Shown piece after piece: positions 56,019-64,000 of a stretch of DNA of 64,000 nucleotides (position 1 is its first letter; each line of letters opens with the position of its first letter). A program made the translations under genes and the position numbers. The notes under the pieces were generated by a model. It ran no database searches. It was not told where the DNA came from and saw nothing but the letters and a program-made list of their open reading frames with translations. The stretch covers positions 552 to 64,551 of the forward strand of contig JAOOBM010000004.1 in the NCBI GenBank assembly GCA_028404505.1, given 5' to 3'. The DNA is from Acidimicrobiaceae bacterium (GTDB lineage Bacteria; Actinomycetota; Acidimicrobiia; Actinomarinales; Actinomarinaceae).

Positions 56019-57107
56019 ATGAAAGTTTCTCTTTTTGACACAAAAGTAAATGAAAGTGAAGAAATTACAAAGCTATTCAAAAAGTTATTGAAAAACGGTC
56101 AATATGTTCTTGGTAATAATGTAAGCAGCTTCGAATCAAGTCTTGGATCCTACTTAAACAGTAAGTATGTAGTCGGTGTAAATTCTGGAACTGATGCAAT
56201 TGAATTATCACTCAAAGCTCTTGGGATCAAAAAAGGAGATTATGTAATTACTTCTGGATTCACATATTTTGCAACAATTGAGGCTGTGCATAATGTAGGC
56301 GCAATACCTCACATCGTTGATATTGATATAGAAACGCTACAAATTAATTTAGACTCTATTGAGAAAAAATTCTTAAATAAAGCGAAATTTATAATTCCAG
56401 TTCATTTGTTTGGTGGATACGCTGATATTCCAAAATTAATGGAACTTTCGAAAAATTATGAACTAAAAATAATAGAGGATGTAGCTCAGTCTTTTGGTAC
56501 AAAATATAAAGATAAACACCTTGGTACTTTTGGTGATGCAGGAGCATTTTCATTTTATCCAACTAAAACCTTAGGATCAATTGGTGATGCTGGAGCAATA
56601 ACAACAAATAACAAATCTGTTTATGAGGATCTCTTGATGCTAAGAAATCATGGTCATATAGATAGAGATAACTTTAAATTTGCTGGAAGAAATTCGCGTT
56701 TAGATGAAATTCAAGCAATGTTCTTAAACCTTAGACTTAAAAATATAGATGAAGAAATTAAAAAAAGAGTTGAGATTGCAAACATTTATATGAATTCTTT
56801 AGACAGTATTAGCAATATCACTTTTTACAATTCAGTCTTAGAAACATTCAATTATTTCCCTATCACTGTGCAAAATCTTAAAGAGAGAGACGATTTAGTA
56901 AATCATTTAAATTCAAGAGATATAGACACTGCTATTTATTACAGAAAACCATTAAGTGATTTAACGTTTGATTGGATAAGTAAAAGTTCGAATTTTACAA
57001 ACATTAACTTTGTAAAAGATAGAATTTTATGTCTTCCATTATATCCATCATTAAAAATGAATAAATTAAAATATACGATAAATACAATTAAGTCATTTTA
57101 TAAATAA
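56019..57107 (+). CDS. DegT/DnrJ/EryC1/StrS-family PLP-dependent sugar aminotransferase
   Basis: 362 aa with NSGTDAIELSLKALG, IIPVHLFGG, IIEDVAQSFG, FSFYPTKTLGSIGDAGAITT (PLP Lys) and LRNHG. Confidence 0.85.
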   Translation: MKVSLFDTKVNESEEITKLFKKLLKNGQYVLGNNVSSFESSLGSYLNSKYVVGVNSGTDAIELSLKALGIKKGDYVITSGFTYFATIEAVHNVGAIPHIVDIDIETLQINLDSIEKKFLNKAKFIIPVHLFGGYADIPKLMELSKNYELKIIEDVAQSFGTKYKDKHLGTFGDAGAFSFYPTKTLGSIGDAGAITTNNKSVYEDLLMLRNHGHIDRDNFKFAGRNSRLDEIQAMFLNLRLKNIDEEIKKRVEIANIYMNSLDSISNITFYNSVLETFNYFPITVQNLKERDDLVNHLNSRDIDTAIYYRKPLSDLTFDWISKSSNFTNINFVKDRILCLPLYPSLKMNKLKYTINTIKSFYK

Positions 57108-58463
57108 TCAATTATCGACAGTATATTTATTTCTTTTCGTAAAAAAATCGTAGATGAATATACAAATAATTGTAATTATTAGTAACGAATCAATTAAATT
57201 TAAATCTAACGTATATTCTTGGAAATTATTTCTTGAAAGTGTATAGGTTGCAGTAGCAATAACAGACAATATAGAAAGTAATTCTGAATCGATTTTTACA
57301 AGAAAAAGACAAGTTAATAAAATTACACCGAAACCGATACTGTAGTACACAAATCTGTATACATAAAAACCTTGTAAAGAGATGAAAATATAATTGAAAA
57401 TTGTGAAGCTTAATATGATGGAAAAACTTCTATAGTTAAATTTCTTTAGTCTTATCAAAGTAAAAAAGAAAAGTAATAGACATAAAGAAATATAAAATAA
57501 AGAAATAGAAAAATATGTAAGAGTTATATCAAAATAACATGGAATAAACTCTGTCAAAGTATGACAATTTTGAAATGGCTCATAGGATCTATTAAACAAT
57601 GTTTGAATAAACCAAACGAATTGTTGATACTCTTCTGCTTCTGCTGCGTGTATATACTTTACACCATATTCTTTACCTTGGAAAAACCCTAATAGAACTC
57701 TTATCAATTCAAAACCTATATACGGTATTAAAAATAAAATTATGTTTTTGATTATTGTTTTAACACTTTTTTTTCGTTTATATATCGTAGTTAATAATTC
57801 ATACAAAAATCCAATTATTCCATACGCTGAAATTGTAAATAACAAACCATACATAAAACCACTTAATTTTTTATTTTTTATGGAGTAAATTGAAAATGCA
57901 AATATTAATAAATAGGTTGTTGAATTTGTTGGTAAGAATAAATAAAGCCGATATTCAAAACTAAAAATGACAAGCAATAAAAATATAAGAAAATAGAATC
58001 TATCAAAATTTGCTTTTAGTGTCTTACAAATTACATATGCAATTAGATTGACGATTATTATTTGTAAAATTAATGAAGATAGTAATAACAGCGAAATTGG
58101 TTCAATTAGAAACCCAAACAATAAAGAAAAGATAAAGAAGAATCTGTAGATTATAAAACCAATACCTAAATATAAAGGCCTGTCTTGGTAAACATAACCA
58201 TTCTCATAAATGTGATTAATCCATTGAAATCCATGAAAATAGAAAGATTCATCACACATTTCTGGGTATGGAATGGAAATAAAATTATTAAATAAATTAA
58301 AATCTCTAAATACCACATTCGTACAGCCTTCATAGTTAAATAAATTTTTATAACTCAAATAAACTGCAATTATTTCGAAAATTAAAATAAGAAAAATATA
58401 AAATTTAAAATTTATATTGTTTAAAAATGATTGAAATGACAGTTTGTTTGTTTTCGTAAACAT
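57108..58463 (-). CDS. large polytopic membrane protein, paralogue of 27274..28623 (GT-C-like candidate)
   Basis: 451 aa with CDESFY, YQDRPLY, NCHTLTEFIPC and SLQGFYVYRFVYYSIG, in the same order and spacing as in 27274..28623. Confidence 0.45.
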   Translation of the reverse strand: MFTKTNKLSFQSFLNNINFKFYIFLILIFEIIAVYLSYKNLFNYEGCTNVVFRDFNLFNNFISIPYPEMCDESFYFHGFQWINHIYENGYVYQDRPLYLGIGFIIYRFFFIFSLLFGFLIEPISLLLLSSLILQIIIVNLIAYVICKTLKANFDRFYFLIFLLLVIFSFEYRLYLFLPTNSTTYLLIFAFSIYSIKNKKLSGFMYGLLFTISAYGIIGFLYELLTTIYKRKKSVKTIIKNIILFLIPYIGFELIRVLLGFFQGKEYGVKYIHAAEAEEYQQFVWFIQTLFNRSYEPFQNCHTLTEFIPCYFDITLTYFSISLFYISLCLLLFFFTLIRLKKFNYRSFSIILSFTIFNYIFISLQGFYVYRFVYYSIGFGVILLTCLFLVKIDSELLSILSVIATATYTLSRNNFQEYTLDLNLIDSLLIITIICIFIYDFFTKRNKYTVDN

Positions 58464-58488
58464 AAATTAGTTGTTATCTTATGTTGAA

Positions 58489-58974
58489 TTACTTTCTATA
58501 GTCTTTCGACTTTACTTGTGCTGGATTGCCATAAACTAATGAATTAGGTTGAACATCTTTTGTAACAACACTTCCAGCTCCTACAAGTGAATACTCACCA
58601 ATTATTATGCCAGGTAGAATTGTTGAATTAGCTCCGAGTGAAACATGATCTTCAATTTCTGTTTTTAAAACCATATCGTCTGACCATTTTTCAGAAATCG
58701 GATACATATCATTTGTAAAAACAACACTAGGACCAACAAATACATTTCTTCCTATCTTTACACCTTTGTATAAAGAAACATTGTTTTGAATTTTGGTGTT
58801 ATCACCAATTACAACACCTTCATCTATATATACATTTTGACCAATGGTTACATTTTCTCCTATTTCAACGTTTTCTCTAATATGAGAAAAATGCCATATT
58901 TTTGTTCCACTTTTTATCGTACAAGAGTCAGAAACTTCAGAACTTTTATGAATAAAGACAGATTCATCAATCAT
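58489..58974 (-). CDS. left-handed beta-helix (hexapeptide) sugar N-acetyltransferase, WbpD/QdtC-like
   Basis: 161 aa with IHKSSEVSDSCTIKSGTKIWHFSHIRENVEIGENVTIGQNVYI hexapeptide repeats and a GANSTILPG..IGEYSLVGAGSVV tail. Confidence 0.8.
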   Translation of the reverse strand: MIDESVFIHKSSEVSDSCTIKSGTKIWHFSHIRENVEIGENVTIGQNVYIDEGVVIGDNTKIQNNVSLYKGVKIGRNVFVGPSVVFTNDMYPISEKWSDDMVLKTEIEDHVSLGANSTILPGIIIGEYSLVGAGSVVTKDVQPNSLVYGNPAQVKSKDYRK

Positions 58975-59029
58975 TAAACTGATTTTACCCTAGAACAAAT
59001 TGTATTTTACTGGAAAAAGGCCTTATTTA

Positions 59030-60499
59030 TTATGATTTTTGTATTGGTGCTGTCCTGCCTGTTGATGCTTCTTCGTGGTAATCTTCTTCTACATTAATTG
59101 TCCAAATATCATTTTTTTCATTCAATATAATATTTCTTACACTTTTTACTGCTGTCATCATTGAATGATCTTGGTTGTTATATCTGTGCATGCCGTTTCT
59201 TCCAATCGGAAAAATATTTGGATGATCTTGATTTATCCATTCAGATATATTGTTGACATTTTCTGAATAATTTAAATCATAAACAGGGTAAGCTTTTGGC
59301 ATTCTTACAACATAGCCTTCATAAACAGAATCTTTGTTGATTAAAGATAGTTTCTCTAATTCATTTTTTGCAAGTTTAATTAATTCTTCGTCTTCCATTG
59401 TCCAAAGTCTATCGCCGATATTTACAAAATATTCGAGACCAAGACATGTCTTTCCTTCTTTAACCATATAAGGAGACCAACTTCCATAATTTTGAACCCT
59501 ACCAACTTCGACATCAGGCTCATGAATATAAATCCAATTATCTGGAAAGGCGTTTTTTTCATCAATTACTAGAGCAACTGATAAAAAATCTCTAAAAGCT
59601 AAGTCAGATCCAGATTTGTTTACTTCTTGATTAGGTTCAGGTTTTATTGTCGAAGGTAAATGTGCCAAAGGCATACTACTTAAAATATTTTTTGCATAAA
59701 AGCTTTCTCCGTTTTTGGTAGTTACTTTATAAATATCATCTTCTTTAATAATTTCAGAAACTCTACAATTGAAATATATATTATGACCTTTATCAATGAG
59801 TTTTTTTGAGGCAGTTTCCCACATCATTCCAGGCCCAAACTTAGGATATTTAAATTCGTTAATAAGAGTAGTTATTATTTCTCCAGATTTATTTAGTTTA
59901 AGTGAATCTAGAATAGCTTTTAACAATGATAAGTTTTTTATCCTTTGGGCAGCCCAGTCAGCACCAATATCTTTTGCATCTATTCCCCATACTTTTTCAG
60001 TATAAGTCTTAAAAAAGATGTTGTACAAACGCCATCCAAACCTTGCGGCAACCCAGTTTTCAAAATTGCTTTGATCCTTTGGGGGTTTGATTCTAACGTA
60101 AAAATATGAAATTACACATCGAATAGCCTCAAAAATACCAAGGTTTAATAGTGCGTTAGATGCCTTTAGCGGATAATCGTAAAATTTTTTATTATAGTAA
60201 ATTCTGCTCATTCTAGGCCTTAATAAAAAATCATCCTCGCCTAATATTTCATCCCATATTTCGTATACCTCTTCTACCTTGGTAAAAAAGCGGTGACCTC
60301 CAATGTCAAATTTCCAACCATTACGTTCAACTGTTCTACTTATGCCACCAACAACCTTGTCACCCTCAAGAATTGTTGTTTTTATTCCGTGTTTGTCTGC
60401 TTCCCATGCTGCAGTAAGTCCTGCTGGACCTGCTCCAATAATAAGTATTTCTTCAATTTTCATTTTTTTTGAATATATTTGATTCGTTTGTAATTTCAT
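59030..60499 (-). CDS. FAD-dependent oxidoreductase (amine-oxidase / protoporphyrinogen-oxidase-like fold) of polysaccharide clusters
   Basis: 489 aa with dinucleotide motif ILIIGAGPAGLTAAWEADKHGIKTTILEGDKVVGG. Likely start M13 (60463, MKIEEILIIG). Confidence 0.65.
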   Translation of the reverse strand: MKLQTNQIYSKKMKIEEILIIGAGPAGLTAAWEADKHGIKTTILEGDKVVGGISRTVERNGWKFDIGGHRFFTKVEEVYEIWDEILGEDDFLLRPRMSRIYYNKKFYDYPLKASNALLNLGIFEAIRCVISYFYVRIKPPKDQSNFENWVAARFGWRLYNIFFKTYTEKVWGIDAKDIGADWAAQRIKNLSLLKAILDSLKLNKSGEIITTLINEFKYPKFGPGMMWETASKKLIDKGHNIYFNCRVSEIIKEDDIYKVTTKNGESFYAKNILSSMPLAHLPSTIKPEPNQEVNKSGSDLAFRDFLSVALVIDEKNAFPDNWIYIHEPDVEVGRVQNYGSWSPYMVKEGKTCLGLEYFVNIGDRLWTMEDEELIKLAKNELEKLSLINKDSVYEGYVVRMPKAYPVYDLNYSENVNNISEWINQDHPNIFPIGRNGMHRYNNQDHSMMTAVKSVRNIILNEKNDIWTINVEEDYHEEASTGRTAPIQKS

Positions 60500-60618
60500 T
60501 TTACATTAATCATGATTAAGGATAAAACGTAGTTCCAGACAAAAAAGTGACAATTAAATTTATTTCAATAAATAACACTATTCTTATATATACTTTTAAT
60601 GAGAACTTTTCATATTAA

Positions 60619-61509
60619 ATGAATTTAAAAATTGCCATAATCGCGTTAACAAGGGGTTACCCCAATAACAAATCAAAATACGATACCTTAATTAAAAGAA
60701 ATCATGGAATTTATGAAAGAATAAATAAACTTCGAGATATTCCAGCTGATTTAATACTCTTCCATGAAGATGACTTATCAATAGAAGATCAAAAATATAT
60801 TCAAGAAAATAGTCCTGAAAAAATTAAATATATAAACGTATCAAAATATTTCAAATATGAAACTCTTAAATTAGAAGGTGAGGAAAAATTTAATCTTGGC
60901 TATAGACAAATGTGCCGATTTCATATGTTTCATATATGGAATGAAGTAAATAATTATGACTACATATTAAGAGTTGATGAAGATATTGAAATATCAGATT
61001 TTGATCCTTATATCTTTGAGTTAATGAATTTAAAAAAAATTACATATTTAACTGGAAGATTCACAAAAGACACGCATAGACTTACTAACCAAACTTTACC
61101 TCCTTTTTTAATTGAAAACACAAATTTAAATGTAAAACTTATATACAACCACAGGAATCCTTACACAAATTTATATGCTTCATCAGTCGATTTTTGGAGA
61201 CAAGAAGATATTCAGTATTTAATAAAGAAAATTGCAAAATCTGACCTTCAACTTATCAATCGATGGGGCGACCACACTGTTCAAGGAATTATATTAAATC
61301 ATAAGAAAGAAAGAATTAGACTTTTTCCTAAATTAGAATATAGACATATTTCCCATAGCCTTGTAATTAAAAATAACTTTCTAAGAAATATGACAATAAA
61401 CTCAAGACTTAATCCAGTATCTGTATCTGGTGGGGTGTTGAATCGGATAAAACAAAGAATTAAAGGTAGTTTAAAAAATAAAAATAAATTTGATTTTGAT
61501 AGAAACTAA
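60619..61509 (+). CDS. GT15-like (Kre2/Mnt1-type) putative glycosyltransferase
   Basis: 296 aa, no TM segment. KIAIIALTRG..., LILFHEDDLSIEDQ and GYRQMCRFHMFHIWNEVNNYDYILRVDEDIEISDFDP parallel, as recalled from memory, the fungal alpha-1,2-mannosyltransferase motifs (LVRN / FLND.pF / YRHMCRF...YD.YWRVEPD). Confidence 0.45.
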   Translation: MNLKIAIIALTRGYPNNKSKYDTLIKRNHGIYERINKLRDIPADLILFHEDDLSIEDQKYIQENSPEKIKYINVSKYFKYETLKLEGEEKFNLGYRQMCRFHMFHIWNEVNNYDYILRVDEDIEISDFDPYIFELMNLKKITYLTGRFTKDTHRLTNQTLPPFLIENTNLNVKLIYNHRNPYTNLYASSVDFWRQEDIQYLIKKIAKSDLQLINRWGDHTVQGIILNHKKERIRLFPKLEYRHISHSLVIKNNFLRNMTINSRLNPVSVSGGVLNRIKQRIKGSLKNKNKFDFDRN

Positions 61510-61520
61510 ATAATAAATAT

Positions 61521-62555
61521 TTAAGAAATTATATTCTGTACAATACTTGTTACTACCTCATCTTTGCCATATAAGAGGTCCGAATTTTTTATGTTTGAAA
61601 TTAATTTTGATTCACCATTTATTAATTTAATTGATTCATCCGTTACATTCTTAGGCGTTGGAGTGAGTAAATTAAATTTTTCAAGCATTTCAGGTCTCTC
61701 CGTATAGTTTCTTGGGATTAATAGAGGTTTTCTTAATATTGAGGCTTCTTCTTGAACACCCCCTGAGTCTGAAATAATAAATTTAGAATGATTTATTAAG
61801 TTTAAAAAACTTTCATAATCTTGAGGATCAATAAATGAGATATTTTCATAATTATTTTCTTCTGAGTTAATCATTTTTTTTGTTCTTGGATGGATCGGGA
61901 ATATCGTAAAAAAATTAAGAGAATTAATAGCTTCCATAAGTGAATTTAATCTATCTTTATCATCTACATTTTCAGGTCTATGAAGTGTTAAAAGAATATA
62001 TTCTTTATCGTTAATTTTTTCTTTATCTAAATCTATCTGCATGACCGATGAATATACTGTACTTCCAGTAACAATAATTTTTTGGGGGTTTATATTTTCT
62101 TTGATTAAGTTGTCCTTGTTTAGATTATGGTTACAAAAATTTATATCAGCAAGATGAGATACTATTACCCGATTGTATTCTTCTATCTGTCCAACATCAT
62201 ATGACCTCATTCCAGACTCGATATAATAAAGAAATTTATTTTGCAATTTAGAAGCAACTGCTCCAGCTAAGGTCGTGTTTGTATCTCCTTGTACAACTAC
62301 TTTTTCGATAACTGTTTCTTTCAATACTGATTGAATTTTTTTTGACATATCTTTTGTATGATCAAAAATTCCCTTCTGGTCAAAATTTAAATTTATAAAC
62401 TCGTCACATTTAATCAAATTAAAAAAATCATCCGACATATTTTTGTCGTAATGCTGTCCTGTGAAAATTACAACAGCATTCATTGAATTAATAACTGGTG
62501 CGAGTTTTATTAATTCTGGCCTTGTGCCTGCAACAAATGCAATTCTATCTTGCAT
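61521..62555 (-). CDS. UDP-N-acetylglucosamine 2-epimerase family protein
   Basis: 344 aa with IAFVAGTRPELIKLAPVI, VVQGDTNTTLAGAVAS, ESGMRSYD, LTLHRPENVD and ISDSGGVQEEASILRKPLL. Confidence 0.8.
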   Translation of the reverse strand: MQDRIAFVAGTRPELIKLAPVINSMNAVVIFTGQHYDKNMSDDFFNLIKCDEFINLNFDQKGIFDHTKDMSKKIQSVLKETVIEKVVVQGDTNTTLAGAVASKLQNKFLYYIESGMRSYDVGQIEEYNRVIVSHLADINFCNHNLNKDNLIKENINPQKIIVTGSTVYSSVMQIDLDKEKINDKEYILLTLHRPENVDDKDRLNSLMEAINSLNFFTIFPIHPRTKKMINSEENNYENISFIDPQDYESFLNLINHSKFIISDSGGVQEEASILRKPLLIPRNYTERPEMLEKFNLLTPTPKNVTDESIKLINGESKLISNIKNSDLLYGKDEVVTSIVQNIIS

Positions 62556-63261
62556 ACTTATATGCTACAAAGTGAAATATATATTTGATATGATCAATTA
62601 TATTGCTATAAATATCAAGTTTTGACACTCCATAAAGCCTTGTTGATAATGTACATGGAAAATCTATTCCATTGTTGGTGATTAACATACATTTAGTGAA
62701 TAATTCAGTAACTGCAATAAAATTTTTTCTGGTAATTGGAATTTTCTTTATTATTTCTGTTTTGTAAATTTTACATATTGAGCTAGTTGTGTAAAAATCT
62801 TTTCCCGAAATAATTCTATACACACGATTTACAGATTTACTCAGAAAAAGTCTTATCTTTCCTACTCCTACAACTATTCCTTTCGGATGATACGGTGAAG
62901 CGTTTACAACTGAAAAACCATCCATTGATAAATCATACATTTCATTTAAAAGGGTTGGATTGTAGGTACAGTCACTATCAAGAAATGCTATAAAATCTCT
63001 TTGGCAATCTTTAATTGAGGTCTTAAGAAATCCCCCAAGATTTTTATTTTCAGAATGAGAAATTACTCTGTAAAGTTTTTTATTAAATTTTTTGTTCAGT
63101 AACTCTAATGTATTATCTTTACTTCCATCGTCAATAAGAATTATTTCATAATTGCATTTGTCTTTCAGCAGTAATTCCAGCTTTGCTAATTCTGACTCTA
63201 AATGGTCAATACCTTCTTCTTCATTATAAAGAGGTATGTAGATTCCAAGAGAATTTTTCAT
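62545..63261 (-). CDS. GT2-family glycosyltransferase (short)
   Basis: 238 aa with LGIYIPLYNEEEGI, IILIDDGSKDNT and FLDSDCT. Confidence 0.8.
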   Translation of the reverse strand: MKNSLGIYIPLYNEEEGIDHLESELAKLELLLKDKCNYEIILIDDGSKDNTLELLNKKFNKKLYRVISHSENKNLGGFLKTSIKDCQRDFIAFLDSDCTYNPTLLNEMYDLSMDGFSVVNASPYHPKGIVVGVGKIRLFLSKSVNRVYRIISGKDFYTTSSICKIYKTEIIKKIPITRKNFIAVTELFTKCMLITNNGIDFPCTLSTRLYGVSKLDIYSNIIDHIKYIFHFVAYKYAR

Positions 63262-63322
63262 TCTTAAATATTATAGATGATACATGTAAGTTTGATTGCT
63301 ACTATTTAAATGTGATGTACAA

Positions 63323-64000
63323 GTGAAGACCTTTCAAAGAGTTAATACTTTTTTTCAAGGTTTTACTGCAAAATATTTGTACCTAATAAATGTTGGGTTA
63401 ATTATATTTCTATTATCACCATTATTTTTATTTTTAAATAACCAACTTTCTCAAGATCAAATTTTTATAGAGAATACTTCTATAGATGTCATTGTTGAAG
63501 GTTGTGGGATTAATTTACCTCAAAATGAAATCTATAGTATTGAAGAGACCTTATTTCCAAGAGATATTTATGTTTTTCCACAAATTAGTAACCTAGAGTG
63601 CCTAGGAGTTCCAAATAAAATAATTTATTCAACGGATGGTGATAAATTATCTGCAAATCTTGAAGTAGGTTCAAACTATAAATTATTTAAATATATAAAT
63701 TTAGTTGGAAATTATATTTTGATTTTTCTTGTAATAATAAATTTAAGAAAATACATTCCTCACATAATTTTGCTTTATTTGTTATTTAATTTTGGAATTT
63801 ACAAGTTGCTTATACCGATAGAACCAATAAGTGAGATAATTCTTCCAATTGCTCCATTTGAAATAGGTGATCAATATGTGAGGTTTTTTGTAAATAATTT
63901 ATTTTTAATAGTGCTTTCTTTAAAGGTAAACAAAAATAATATCTATTTACTTCTTTTTATTTATTTTGTATTTATTTCAATTGACTATCTTGGGATATTT
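63323..64000 (+). CDS. polytopic membrane protein, N-terminal part (3' end outside window)
   Basis: The frame is open from the TGA at 63293-63295 to the window end, with GTG at 63323 (or TTG at 63296) as the only candidate starts. It encodes VKTFQRVNTFFQGFTAKYLYLINVGLIIFLLSPLFLF..., i.e. a TM helix, a Cys-containing loop of about 100 aa, then more TM helices. The layout resembles ORF 30706..32646. Confidence 0.5.
   Translation, partial: MKTFQRVNTFFQGFTAKYLYLINVGLIIFLLSPLFLFLNNQLSQDQIFIENTSIDVIVEGCGINLPQNEIYSIEETLFPRDIYVFPQISNLECLGVPNKIIYSTDGDKLSANLEVGSNYKLFKYINLVGNYILIFLVIINLRKYIPHIILLYLLFNFGIYKLLIPIEPISEIILPIAPFEIGDQYVRFFVNNLFLIVLSLKVNKNNIYLLLFIYFVFISIDYLGIF

Noticed and set aside
277-59999. 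Many short ORFs in the supplied track lie inside, or antisense to, longer well-supported genes: 277..546(-), 5075..5293(+), 7512..7736(+), 8398..8721(-), 9214..9429(-), 9865..10053(-), 10434..10712(+), 10502..10762(-), 12976..13227(+), 13376..13612(+), 14573..14761(+), 15080..15289(+), 19021..19212(-), 20058..20318(+), 21577..21771(-), 23080..23448(-), 31746..32003(-), 33330..33626(+), 39306..39521(+), 43108..43320(-), 44492..44746(-), 48323..48634(+), 49651..49920(-), 53059..53301(+), 53468..53659(+), 54477..54722(+), 58786..58977(+), 59796..60005(+).
   Set aside because: Each is fully nested in a longer ORF carrying recognisable family motifs. Their translations are low-complexity or hydrophobic strings with no motifs, as expected for shadow frames in AT-rich DNA (few stop codons in some frames). 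They are treated as non-coding.

Overview
Very AT-rich, gene-dense bacterial window with short intergenic gaps, many overlapping stop/start codons and weak Shine-Dalgarno use. The taxon cannot be fixed from sequence alone. NrdJ with NrdR boxes, an MshA-like GT4 and Ser/Thr-linker lipoproteins suit a streamlined low-GC marine lineage, possibly actinobacterial; this is speculative. (1) 1-11.2 kb is mostly housekeeping: cytochrome c 3' fragment, rimK with a retropepsin-like partner, SAM hydrolase family protein, two membrane-anchored alpha/beta hydrolases, a GT4/CelD-like/membrane trio, and class II ribonucleotide reductase nrdJ behind two NrdR boxes. (2) 11.3-17.4 kb is a first envelope-glycan block: GT-A-like protein, UPF0104-type membrane protein, GT2, a GATase-II::WbpG-type amidotransferase fusion, and a GT-C-like membrane protein. 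(3) 17.5-22.8 kb holds tRNA-Val(UAC) followed by two further direct copies of its 3' half. These delimit integrase-less cassettes that encode only secreted lipoproteins plus one mini membrane protein. (4) 22.9-64 kb is a roughly 40 kb glycosylation island with about 20 glycosyltransferases (GT2, GT4, GT8, GT25, GT32-like, GT15-like, exostosin-like). It also has eight large polytopic GT-C / O-antigen-ligase-like membrane proteins, GDP-fucose genes (gmd, fcl) plus a Gmd paralogue, amino-sugar genes, two Ntn amidotransferases, methyltransferases, one MsbA/PglK-like ABC exporter and an unusual three-domain sugar-tailoring fusion. No rRNA, CRISPR, transposase, integrase, phage or recognisable defence genes were seen. 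All functional calls rest on motifs read by eye from the supplied translations; no searches were run.
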